This document shows positions 1-8,027 of a DNA stretch of 32,000 nucleotides, in pieces; positions within the stretch are counted from its first letter, which is position 1, and each line of letters opens with the position of its first letter. A program made the translations under genes and the position numbers. The notes below the pieces were generated by a model that worked only from the letters and a program-made list of their open reading frames with translations, ran no database searches and had not been told where the DNA came from. Source of the DNA: Candidatus Saccharimonadota bacterium. Lineage in GTDB: Bacteria; Patescibacteriota; Gracilibacteria; BD1-5; UBA6164. Location: positions 630,001 to 662,000 of the forward strand of contig CP042461.1 of assembly GCA_004563595.2 (NCBI GenBank), in the 5' to 3' direction.

Positions 1-1
1 T

Positions 2-190
2 AGGAACAATTTTGCGAAGATCACAGGATATAAAATTCCTTCCAAACCAAAAACAAAATGACTTATAGGGTATGTTTTAGATTCTGAGAGAAAAATATTT
101 GAAGATTCTATTGAAGATAACCCAAATCGGATTGATATAATTACTTATGATGAACTTTATAAGAGATTTAAAAAGTTTTATGAGTCTTAA
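2..190 (+). CDS. 3' end (62 codons) of an unidentified gene entering from the left edge; ends ...NRIDIITYDELYKRFKKFYES*
   Basis: Frame 2 is open from nt 2 to TAA 188-190 if TGA 59-61 is read as Gly. A hairpin and T-run follow. Too short to assign a family. Confidence 0.35.
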
Positions 191-210
191 ATAATATACT
201 TATATAAATA

Positions 211-244
211 AAAAAAGGCTAGACTTTCATCTAACCTTTTTTTT
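211..244. terminator. A-run / imperfect hairpin / T-run, intrinsic-terminator-like
   Basis: aaaaaaGGcTAG-actttcat-CTAaCCtttttttt directly after the stop at 188-190. Confidence 0.5.
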
Positions 245-435
245 AACCTTTAAAGGTTATCTTGTGGACTATTCTATCCACTCAAAATATATCTCTTGGA
301 TTATCTCATTTTATGAGATCTCATTTCTTTAGCACTGTGGTTAAATCAAATGAACAATAGTTTTGCTCATCGTAGTGTGTTCAGTCGGCATCAACTGACT
401 CTATTGCATATTCGTACATAATATAAAAATTGTAA

Positions 436-518
436 AAGGACCCTAGCAGGAAGATCACCACAATCGTACACCTGCTAAGGTCCTTAAATAAGGTGATCTA
501 TTTAAATACGATTGTGGT
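436..518. repeat. Interlocked inverted repeats (pseudoknot-like topology)
   Basis: aaggaccctagcagg (436-450) pairs with cctgctaaggtcctt (471-485), 14 of 15. Its 20-nt loop contains gatcacc (453-459), complementary to ggtgatc (492-498), and ccacaatcgta (458-468), complementary to tacgattgtgg (508-518). Confidence 0.7.
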
Positions 519-1043
519 ATATTAGTTATAGCTATAAATAAATTATTTGCAAATTGTTTTTAAATGTAAAATAAATGACGTCACTGGAGTATAGCATAAT
601 AGTTTTTATAAAAGCAAAAGTTTTTTCGACTTTCTTGGCTTTGTGTAGGTGATATATCGATATTATAAGTACAAATAAACTATTGATTATAATGAAGTGA
701 TATTAACAGGGCATTAATATTGAGGATTAAAGTAATAATTTCTTTGATAGGTTAATATTACTGAGTCGAACTTTTCGTCTCATGGGAGGAATTCTTGAGT
801 GGTATATTGTTTATAGCTTTCTAATGTAAGATTTGGTACTTGTGTTTTTAAAGACATGTTATAAATTAAATAATACTTTAAATTTTTCTATTGAATCAAC
901 TCCATTCATTCATAGATACCACCCTATTGATGTATAGAATAGTATATTTATCAAGGTCATTAATGTACTAGACGTAAAGTCACTTATGAATTCTCAGAAT
1001 TGTATTATGAGAAACTCTCAATAAGTTCATATGTCTGGATCGC

Positions 1044-2312
1044 TTAAGCACTTATCACATTTCACTTTTTTTCATAGGATTTCTTTCATAATTTAATTTT
1101 AGGTTTTATAGTATATTTCTTTAAGATTCTATTAATTATAGATGCTTCAAGTCATTGTTCTTGTAAATATATGATTAAATTTTCTAGTAGATCATATCAA
1201 TTAAATAGTTTTCTATTCACAAGTTTGAATTGTTTCACATTATATCATTTACTTTTAGCATATTCATATTGATATAAGCTAGTTCTATCTCTTATAGTCT
1301 CTTTTGATTCTTTTTGAACTCATAGAACGGTATCAAAGAGTCAAACATATCATGTATTATTTTGAATAGTTTTTAAATATCAGTGTGACCTAGAGAGATA
1401 ATCTTTTGGAATATGTCAGTGCTGTAAATAATAACTTTTTAGATCAAATTTTACGTTAGTATATTTTTTGAGCTCTATATCTTTGTAATGTAACTCGTGT
1501 TCTGTATATCTATTGAAGTATTTTGTAAATATTCTTTGAATAGGTTTATTTCTATTCTCTAATATATCAGAGATGGAGAAATCTGTTATTCTTTTACATT
1601 CTTCGGGTCTGAGTTCTAGTTCAATTCTTCTTACATCATGATTATGTATGAGGTGAGGATAGAGGAATCATTTTTGTTTTTTCCAGGTATCAAGTATTTT
1701 ATCATAAACTCTAAATAGAAATTTACGGTTTGAATTACTTTGTGGATTATTGATATAGTAGGTTTGACTAAACTCAGGGTGTTTTTTGTCATTTCATATT
1801 TCAGAAAAGAAATTTACGTCTTTGAGGAGTTGGGATTTAATCTTTTTAATATCATAGGGTAAATCTATAGCAATATCTAACCTGTGTAAATCTGTTTTAT
1901 CATCTGTGAAAAATGCTTCATAGAATTCTTTTATGGAGAAATCTAGTTTGTCGCTCTTTTCTAAAACAAAAAAAGTAGAATAAAAAACTACTTTATCTTT
2001 TGAACGTTGTCATATTCCCCTATTCTCTTTTCATTTCAATATAGCAAAGAGACTCACGCTTCGTCATTCAAAGGAGGCTGAAAATCTTAATCAATCAGAG
2101 TATCAAGGAGGAGAAAAGCGATGATAGGTCCAGTGTATTCAAGCAAAACTCATATGTCATCAGTCTGAATTATCCCAATCAATATTAAAGCATGGTCATT
2201 CTTGTGTATTATAATCATAGAGAGATGGAGATTCTTGATAATCTTTTATAGTAAATTCTAGATGATCTAATCAGAAGAAGATATAATCATCTTTTATATT
2301 AATTTGGGTCAT
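1044..2312 (-). CDS. Replication initiation protein, Rep_trans (PF02486-like) rolling-circle initiator, 422 aa under code 25
   Basis: Hand translation is continuous from ATG 2312 to TAA 1044, with an in-frame TAA 12 nt upstream of the ATG. Family-typical motifs are present: HRLDIAIDL, NRKFLFRVYDKILD and VRRIELELRPEEC. By my count there are 22 in-frame TGA against one GGA for Gly. No SD. Confidence 0.8.
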
Positions 2313-3005
2313 TTGGATTTTTTACGCAATTAAAAGGACTTTTCGAGTGATAACATTCTTCCGGATTTACGCTCTGTAGACGTCCGGTGTTAGCAATGGA
2401 AAGCCAGTATGGCGGTGTATGTGCCAGTAAAGTTGTAAGGACATTATTGTAGTCCTATTTTAAAAAAAAGTGGGCTCTCAGAGCAGGATATTTGATGCTT
2501 TTTTAAGCATTTTTTATCTTTTTCTGAGAACTCACTAAACATAACAGGAGTTATGTTAATAAGAATCTATTTTAAATGGTTTTCAAATGTTAATAGCTTT
2601 AATATGCGTTTAATGTCTATTTAATGCGGATCTCCCCACATGCTATAACTTATGTTAAGTAGATCTTAACCATTTAAAGGGATAAGCTGTACTCTCACAA
2701 ATTACATTAATCACATAAAAATATGTTTTTAAAGATTTTTTAAGCCATTACTGGCTGAAATGCTCATTTTTGTACTTTCAATGTATATACACTGCAAACT
2801 TAGCTTTTTCAGTATCTCTTGACTGTTCAATCTGTAAAATCCTTATAAGCTGTTTTTGTAATTTTAACTCAAAACATGTTTCTAATGATGTCATAATTGA
2901 ATGTTCAATCATATTTGTTATTTCAATATAAAAATTTGACTACATATAATATTTACGTAAAATATTTTTATTCCGCTTATTCAATAAATAACTTGAGGTA
3001 TTTTT

Positions 3006-3311
3006 ATGAAAATTGGGTTGATCGTTTGTATTATAGTATTAGCTATTGTTTCTTTTGATAACTATCATATCAGGGTAAAACTTAGCAACCAAGTAAGTAT
3101 GACGAATCAGGTTCGATTTCATTTTGATCATTATAATGATGGAATAAGTGCGATTGTTTCAGCTTATAATGAAAAATGTCAAATTCCTACAGATACTGTA
3201 TTGGAGTTATCACTTTCTAAGCTATCTGGAAAGGAAAAATCTTATCCTGCTGTTACTCATATTATGAATAAACTCTCGGAATCTATAGGTGCTGTATCAA
3301 GTAATTGATAA
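3006..3311 (+). CDS. Small membrane-anchored protein, 100 aa (101 with a terminal Gly under code 25); autonomous cassette
   Basis: TTGACT-N16/17-TAAAAT promoter-like sequence at about 2937-2965 and GAGG 8 nt before the ATG. The N-terminus MKIGLIVCIIVLAIVSF is hydrophobic. All 4 internal Gly are GGN. The ORF ends TGA TAA (3306-3311), and a terminator follows. Confidence 0.6.
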
Positions 3312-3337
3312 TTTGTCGCTGAATAGAGTTAAAATAT

Positions 3338-3364
3338 CCCCCCTTAATAGGGGGTTTTATTTTA
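3338..3364 (+). terminator. Intrinsic terminator of the 3006 cassette
   Basis: ccccc-ttaata-ggggg hairpin followed by ttttatttt. Confidence 0.7.
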
Positions 3365-3465
3365 TTGATTTTTTTGTGGGTGTAGGCTACCCTTTAATTT
3401 AAATTATGACCTAAAGATGAAGACTACCCTCTTTCTTCGCTATGCTACGAAACAAATAGAAGAAT

Positions 3466-3502
3466 AAAAAACTAGCCCCCTAAAGCGTGGGGCTAGTTTT
3501 TT
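3466..3502. terminator. Bidirectional intrinsic terminator
   Basis: aaaaaa-CTAGCCCC-ctaaagcgt-GGGGCTAG-tttttt. It lies downstream of the minus-strand gene ending at 3548. Confidence 0.7.
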
Positions 3503-3547
3503 ATAGTAAATTTTATTCTATCTGATATAGAAGTATAAAGTATTATA

Positions 3548-3898
3548 CTACATATATTTTTTTGTAAGCTCATTTAATTCATCCATATCTATTTTTGCTA
3601 ATTTTTCAAGTCATATATCATTTATGTCTTCAGCAGATAACATATAACCAATTACAGTAATTTTTTCTACTGTCATTGATTCTAAAGAAAGAATTTCTAA
3701 TCAAATAGTATTTTTTTGTTGTTCGCTTAGATTGTTATTTATAGCTTCAAGTTTTTCTTTAGAAATATCTGAAGAATTAATGATTTCAGCATTTGTACGA
3801 GTAGTCTCTACAACTGCATTAATACCTTTTCACTGTTTAGATTCATTTTCTAATGAATTATTTTCTAGTTCTTCTCAATTCTCAGGTAATTTATCCAT
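3548..3898 (-). CDS. Hypothetical acidic protein, 116 aa (code 25)
   Basis: ATG 3898 to TAG 3548 is continuous with 4 TGA read as Gly (MDKLPENGEELENNSLENE...LTKKYM*). No SD and no recognisable domain. Confidence 0.5.
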
Positions 3899-4037
3899 TG
3901 TTTTATTTTAATTAATAATATTTATTTACGTAGATACTTGATATTAACATATAAATCATTAATTGTCAAATATATATTATTTTCATCATCTTGAAGTATT
4001 CAACAATAAGATAATAAGTTGCACTTAATTATATCTT

Positions 4038-4217
4038 TTATATATTCATAACATTATGGATAGAAGCATAAAACCAGATAGACATAATAAGAGCACTAAA
4101 TAGAATCTTGAAATGTCATTCTTGTTTCAGGATTATTAGAAAGATGATCAAAGGAATTATAAGAGTTTGGAACAAAAAGAAGGGGTAGTCTCATAGTCAT
4201 ATAAAATAATTGTACAT
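4038..4217 (-). CDS. Possible small membrane protein, 59 aa (code 25 only)
   Basis: GAGGAGGGGAG lies 10 nt upstream of ATG 4217. The translation MYNYFIGLGDYPFFLFQTLIIPLIIFLIILKQEGHF... is hydrophobic. It needs 3 TGA read as Gly; under the standard code it is only 6 codons. Confidence 0.3.
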
Positions 4218-4492
4218 AGGGTTATACTCCCCTCCTCAGATATTCAAAACAAGCTTGGTGGTAACTGAGTCAAAAATGAAGTAAAGACTAATCAGGTTAA
4301 TATTATATTTATAACCTGAATGTAACTTTAATATACTTAACTGATTCTTTATAGTTTTGTTTGTATAATTATTAACAAGGTAATAAATTTATGATTAAAT
4401 AATAATTTTTTATTTATGTTTTTACAAAATAATAGAATATTATATAATAATTTTGTTTTAGGTTAGCGTAATTTTACTAATATGGAGGATAT

Positions 4493-4792
4493 ATGTTACA
4501 TTCTAAAATTTCTGATGTAATAACCGGAGTGTTAAGAATAGTTTTTATTAGATCCTCAGGGTCAAAATTTATAACAATTTTTTTTATATTATGGTTTTTG
4601 ATATTACCATTTACATCATTGATTTCATTATCTATGTTGCTGATTAATTTTGGTTTTCCTATAATGTTAGAACATAAATTGCTTTATATTATACCTATAG
4701 GAGGTCTTATAGTCTCAGTAATATTGCCTTATTTTATTTATAAGCATGGTAAGCATTACTTGTTTTTCCACGTTATTGATAATGATTGATAA
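4493..4792 (+). CDS. Small integral membrane protein, 98 aa (99 with a terminal Gly under code 25); autonomous cassette
   Basis: TTTACA-N17/18-TATAAT upstream and GGAGG 5 nt before the ATG. Two or three hydrophobic segments. All 6 internal Gly are GGN. Ends TGA TAA (4787-4792). Confidence 0.55.
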
Positions 4793-4928
4793 GTATGTAA
4801 ATATGAAACCTTTGGCAGACATGCTAGAGGTTTTTATTTATCTTAATAGTCAGAAAAATCAATCCTTTTTGTTGACAATACAATTAATAATATATAATTA
4901 TACTGAAATTGTTCTAAGGAGACGAAAA

Positions 4929-5108
4929 ATGAATACTCAAAATATTCAATCTAATAAACTAACTAAGCAAGAGGAATCTCGTGCTGCTGTAGAATTATTA
5001 GTATCTGATGTAGATTTTGAAAGTATTGCTAAACGTACATGTGAACGTGATAGACTAAGAAGGATAAGACCATCTGATATGAAGAAGGTTTATAACTTTC
5101 GTAGATAA
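4929..5108 (+). CDS. Small basic protein, 59 aa
   Basis: AAGGAG lies 7 nt before ATG 4929 (MNTQNIQSNKLTKQEES...RIRPSDMKKVYNFRR*). Ends TAA TAA and is followed by a terminator. The 5' extension in the ORF track (from 4746) has no SD. Confidence 0.5.
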   Translation: MNTQNIQSNKLTKQEESRAAVELLVSDVDFESIAKRTCERDRLRRIRPSDMKKVYNFRR

Positions 5109-5131
5109 TAAATATTTCGTTACAATTTCAT

Positions 5132-5156
5132 AAGGGCCTAATGGCCCTTTTTTTAT
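5132..5156 (+). terminator. Intrinsic terminator of the 4493/4929 unit
   Basis: aaGGGCC-taat-GGCCCttttttt. Confidence 0.75.
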
Positions 5157-5192
5157 TGTTTAGACAATTGAGTTTTATCTTTAATTAGACAT

Positions 5193-5220
5193 AAAAAAAA
5201 AGCCGTGAAATTCACGGCTT
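5193..5220 (-). terminator. Intrinsic terminator of cassette 5225-5653
   Basis: aaaaaaaaa-GCCGTG-aaatt-CACGGC-tt, which reads as hairpin plus U-run on the minus strand. It is homologous to the hairpins at 5754 and 6274. Confidence 0.75.
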
Positions 5221-5224
5221 ATAT

Positions 5225-5653
5225 TTAGTAAGCAACAATTATATGATAATTATTCTCAGAATCTATTTCTGGAAAACTAACTTCACCAAAATGATTTATA
5301 CTTACTGTAATTCTTGATGAATGATCTTTTCTTAAAAGCACAATCTTTACTTTAGATAAGTCACCCCGAAACTTTCTTCCTATAAAGTTTCTTCCTAATT
5401 GAAATTTAAACCCTAACTTGATACCGTCATTATTAAAGCGTTTACGTACTTCAATAGATAAGTCACCCTCAAAATCTTCATAATTATCAAGGTTACTTTC
5501 ACTTAATACATAATCTTTTAATAGATTATGTATATGATCTTTTAGTTGAGGTGTTTCTATCTTAACAGAATTTGCTTTTTGTTGAGCTAGTTCTGTAATA
5601 TTTAGGCACGTTATATCATTTCCTTTATGATAACTTCTTTTTGCACTTTCCAT
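5225..5653 (-). CDS. Hypothetical protein, 142 aa; member 1 of a tandem paralog trio
   Basis: AAGGAG lies 8 nt before ATG 5653; the ORF-track start at 5722 has no SD. There is a TTGACT-N16/17-TAGTAT promoter. 8 Gly, none TGA. The C-terminal block is INHFGEVSFPEIDSENNYHIIVAY. Confidence 0.6.
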   Translation of the reverse strand: MESAKRSYHKGNDITCLNITELAQQKANSVKIETPQLKDHIHNLLKDYVLSESNLDNYEDFEGDLSIEVRKRFNNDGIKLGFKFQLGRNFIGRKFRGDLSKVKIVLLRKDHSSRITVSINHFGEVSFPEIDSENNYHIIVAY

Positions 5654-5753
5654 AACTACTACTCCTTTTAATATGGATTTCCATTTGCGCGTGCATACTA
5701 TCCAGACTTTTTTGTAAGTCAAGAATAAACTTTTATCTACTCATTTAAGCGTG

Positions 5754-5781
5754 AAAAAAGCCGTGAAGATCCACGACTTTT
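5754..5781 (-). terminator. Intrinsic terminator of cassette 5793-6170
   Basis: aaaaaaGCCGTG-aagatc-CACGaCtttt. Confidence 0.65.
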
Positions 5782-5792
5782 CATTTTCTAGA

Positions 5793-6170
5793 TTAAAAAA
5801 CGTTTAAGCTATATTCATTTATATGATGAGGTAAGACGAAAAAAAATCGACCATACTTATCCAGATTTGTGCATTTTATCTTGTTACCAAAACTGGTCAC
5901 AAGAATATTGGTAGTAGTAAAATGAACCTTTTTAGTATACTCTTTGTGTACTTGAAAAGATATATAAACTACTCTCCCCGCTTCTGTTATAAATGAACTT
6001 ATTAGAAGGTTCAAAAAGACTCCGTCTTTTGAAATTAATTCTACTAAATTACCTTCTTCGTCTTTTAATTTGAGGTTGTGCATAAGATCACTAACCTCCT
6101 TTACTAAGTCTTCATCAAAACAAATATCTTCTGATGTTTCATTAGTAATATTTACTTCAGCCACACCCAT
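5793..6170 (-). CDS. Hypothetical protein, 125 aa; member 2 of the tandem paralog trio
   Basis: AAGGAG lies 6 nt before the ATG, and TTGACA-N17-ACTATA is upstream. 6 Gly, none TGA. The C-terminal block is NLDKYGRFFFVLPHHINEYSLNVF. Confidence 0.65.
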   Translation of the reverse strand: MGVAEVNITNETSEDICFDEDLVKEVSDLMHNLKLKDEEGNLVELISKDGVFLNLLISSFITEAGRVVYISFQVHKEYTKKVHFTTTNILVTSFGNKIKCTNLDKYGRFFFVLPHHINEYSLNVF

Positions 6171-6273
6171 TTCATTCTCCTTTTAAAATTGGGTTCCATG
6201 CTATTTTATAGTATAGTAATTTAATCATATGTCAAATTTGAAAGTTTTGTATTCGGTTATTTAATATGCAAAT

Positions 6274-6299
6274 AAAAAGCCGTAAGATATACGGCTTTT
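6274..6299 (-). terminator. Intrinsic terminator of cassette 6318-6641
   Basis: aaaaAGCCGTA-agata-TACGGCTtttt. Confidence 0.75.
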
Positions 6300-6317
6300 A
6301 CATGTCTTAGCTTTTGA

Positions 6318-6641
6318 TTACAATTTTACTTTTATGGTGATAAGCGTTACTTGGTCCGTTAGAAACTCTATCATACCATTACTATCTACTTCCTGAAAAT
6401 CTTGTATATTAACCCCGTTAATTTCAACTGCAGCCCAAATTTGGCTTAGATTTATATTTTTTTTAGACTTATTATTAAAAGTTAGATAGATAAGTTTAGT
6501 CTTCCCTATATATTGAGTAATGAGCTCAAAATATAGGGAATAAGAAATAGAATCATTATCTTCATTCTGAAGGATAAGATTTCCTTTTATTTCTTCAATA
6601 CCTTCTTGTAATGTAATCATTGCTACTTGAGTATTTATCAT
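6318..6641 (-). CDS. Hypothetical protein, 107 aa; member 3 of the tandem paralog trio
   Basis: AAGGAG lies 5 nt before ATG 6641. A TTGACT-N17-ATTATA promoter sits just after the recX stop. 5 Gly, none TGA. The C-terminal block is VDSNGMIEFLTDQVTLITIKVKL. Confidence 0.6.
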   Translation of the reverse strand: MINTQVAMITLQEGIEEIKGNLILQNEDNDSISYSLYFELITQYIGKTKLIYLTFNNKSKKNINLSQIWAAVEINGVNIQDFQEVDSNGMIEFLTDQVTLITIKVKL

Positions 6642-6727
6642 TCTAGCTCCTTTTTGAATTATTTTACTCAGCATCTGTATAATATATATAAAATTAGAAG
6701 AGTCAAGTATGTCCTGATAATATATAT

Positions 6728-7321
6728 TTATTTATTTATTATTTCTTTAATATCACCATAGAAAAATCATTTTCTGAGAAGCTTTTCTATAATTTTCTTT
6801 TTTTCATATTTTCATTCAAGTTTTTGGTACTCATGAGCAAGGTTTTCATTATCTCACTTATCTCAAAATACAACACTCAGGGCATTCTCAACTCATTCTC
6901 TATCTAATTTTCTTTCTATTAATTTTATTTTTATATATTGAATAGACTTCCCTTTATTTTTAAAATTTTCAATTTTTCTGACAAGTGAATGCACATTTAA
7001 CAAACTATGTTCTTCGCTTCAAAATTCATTTGTTAATATTTCATTTATTCTATCTTTTGGAAATTGTTTTTTCATGAGATTGAGTTTGATATAGTTCACA
7101 TTTTTATTTCTAAAAATATAATTTTTTATGTTTGATCTGATAATATCATCCTCAGTGAATAGATGTTTAATTTGATCCAATACTCAATCTACGAGTTCCC
7201 TATCTTGTAGCGTTTTTTCTAATAATTTATTTTCAAGTTTTTTGTTTGATGGAAAATACCTAAAATAATACCATAAAGCATAGTCTTTGAGTCGAATGGA
7301 TGTTGTTATTATTTTATTCAT
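6728..7321 (-). CDS. recX: RecX-like regulatory protein, 197 aa (code 25)
   Basis: Continuous translation with 6 TGA read as Gly. The N-terminus YALWYYFRYFPSNKKLENKLLEK and the C-terminus KKIIEKLLRKGFFYGDIKEII match the repeated three-helix pattern of RecX (PF02631). No SD. Confidence 0.7.
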
Positions 7322-7333
7322 ATTCTAGATGTA

Positions 7334-7367
7334 TAAAAAAAGTGGCCCTGACTATTGAGTCAGGGCT
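7334..7367 (-). terminator. Intrinsic terminator of the 7380-7526 cassette
   Basis: GCCCTGACT-attg-AGTCAGGGC (9-bp stem), with the run of A (U on the minus strand) at 7335-7341. Confidence 0.75.
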
Positions 7368-7379
7368 ATGAAAAGTATA

Positions 7380-7526
7380 TTAATATACTTTAATAACGGG
7401 AGCCGGAAATGATGGATTTAATAATTTTTTTTGTTCCATTCGAGTCCGAAAAAACCTAAACACTCCATATAATGAGCCAAGTATAGCAACGCATACGAAG
7501 ATCCCATATAAGATTGATTGAATCAT
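7380..7526 (-). CDS. Small single-pass membrane protein, 48 aa; autonomous cassette
   Basis: AAGGAG lies 7 nt before ATG 7526 (MIQSILYGIFVCVAILGSLYGVFRFFRTRMEQKK...). 3 Gly, none TGA. TAA stop, then a terminator. Confidence 0.5.
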   Translation of the reverse strand: MIQSILYGIFVCVAILGSLYGVFRFFRTRMEQKKLLNPSFPAPVIKVY

Positions 7527-7578
7527 CTTTTTTCTCCTTGAGGTCTAAAAACCGTCTGTATTATAGTGATATTTATTG

Positions 7579-7626
7579 AATGTCAATCAAAAAAACATTG
7601 ACTTACTTATACATACAAATATTATT
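7579..7626 (+). promoter_or_regulatory. groESL promoter region with a 9-N9-9 inverted repeat across the -35 element
   Basis: aatgtcaat (7579-7587), N9, attgactta (7597-7605), with 7 of 9 positions complementary. TTGACT is at 7598-7603 and an A/T-rich -10 candidate lies 17 nt downstream. No CIRCE consensus (TTAGCACTC-N9-GAGTGCTAA) is present. Confidence 0.35.
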
Positions 7627-7657
7627 TTATATATTTATTTTTTTAAAGTTGAAATCT

Positions 7658-7933
7658 ATGGGTATCAAGCCATTAGCTGATAGAGTTTTATTAAAAGCAG
7701 TTACAAAAGAGAATGTGACAGCATCAGGGATATATTTACCAGAATCTGCAAATAAAGAAAGGTCGTATATGTATGAAGTAGTAGCTGTTTGAGCTGGAAA
7801 AAAAGATATTGATATGTCAGTCAAAATCTGAGATAAGGTTCTGAGTGGTCAATACTCATGAGATGATGTTAAAGTTGATGGAAATGAATACAAGATAGTT
7901 GCGATGGATTATATATTAGCAATTGTTGAGTAA
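7658..7933 (+). CDS. groES: Co-chaperonin GroES, 91 aa (code 25)
   Basis: MGIKPLADRVLLK...VAV[G]AGKK...VKI[G]DKVL...YS[G]DDVKVDGNEYKIV. All three in-frame TGA fall on conserved GroES glycines. Confidence 0.95.
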
Positions 7934-7950
7934 AAAGAGGAAAATAAAAA

Positions 7951-7996
7951 ATAACCCATCCCCCTTCGGGGACTTCCCTTCATCCGAATGGAAGAC
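7951..7996 (+). repeat. 46-nt double-hairpin intergenic element, copy 1 (after groES)
   Basis: ataacccatcccccttcggggacttcccttcatccgaatggaagac. Nearly identical to 9703-9748. Confidence 0.8.
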
Positions 7997-8027
7997 ATTC
8001 ATGTATTACCTATTAATCAAATAAACA

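Larger units (their letters stand above)
240..2312 (-). mobile_element. Putative rolling-circle replicon module: rep gene plus about 800 nt of ORF-poor, repeat-rich flank (boundaries unknown)
   Basis: A Rep_trans-like initiator (1044-2312) lies next to 240-1043. That region has no ORF longer than about 47 codons on either strand, even reading TGA as sense, and it holds several palindromes and interlocked inverted repeats. No integrase or att repeats were seen. Confidence 0.4.

Noticed and set aside
714-960. Small code-25 ORFs on the minus strand downstream of rep (857-714 of 47 aa; 960-862 of 32 aa)
   Set aside because: They are short, have no SD or motif, and lie in a region better explained as non-coding origin-like DNA.
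2741-2911. 56-codon minus-strand ORF (ATG 2911, one internal TGA) ending at the AGCCATTACTGGCT hairpin
   Set aside because: It has no SD, no promoter and no motif. The hairpin lacks a U-run in either orientation, so it is not a convincing terminator for this ORF.
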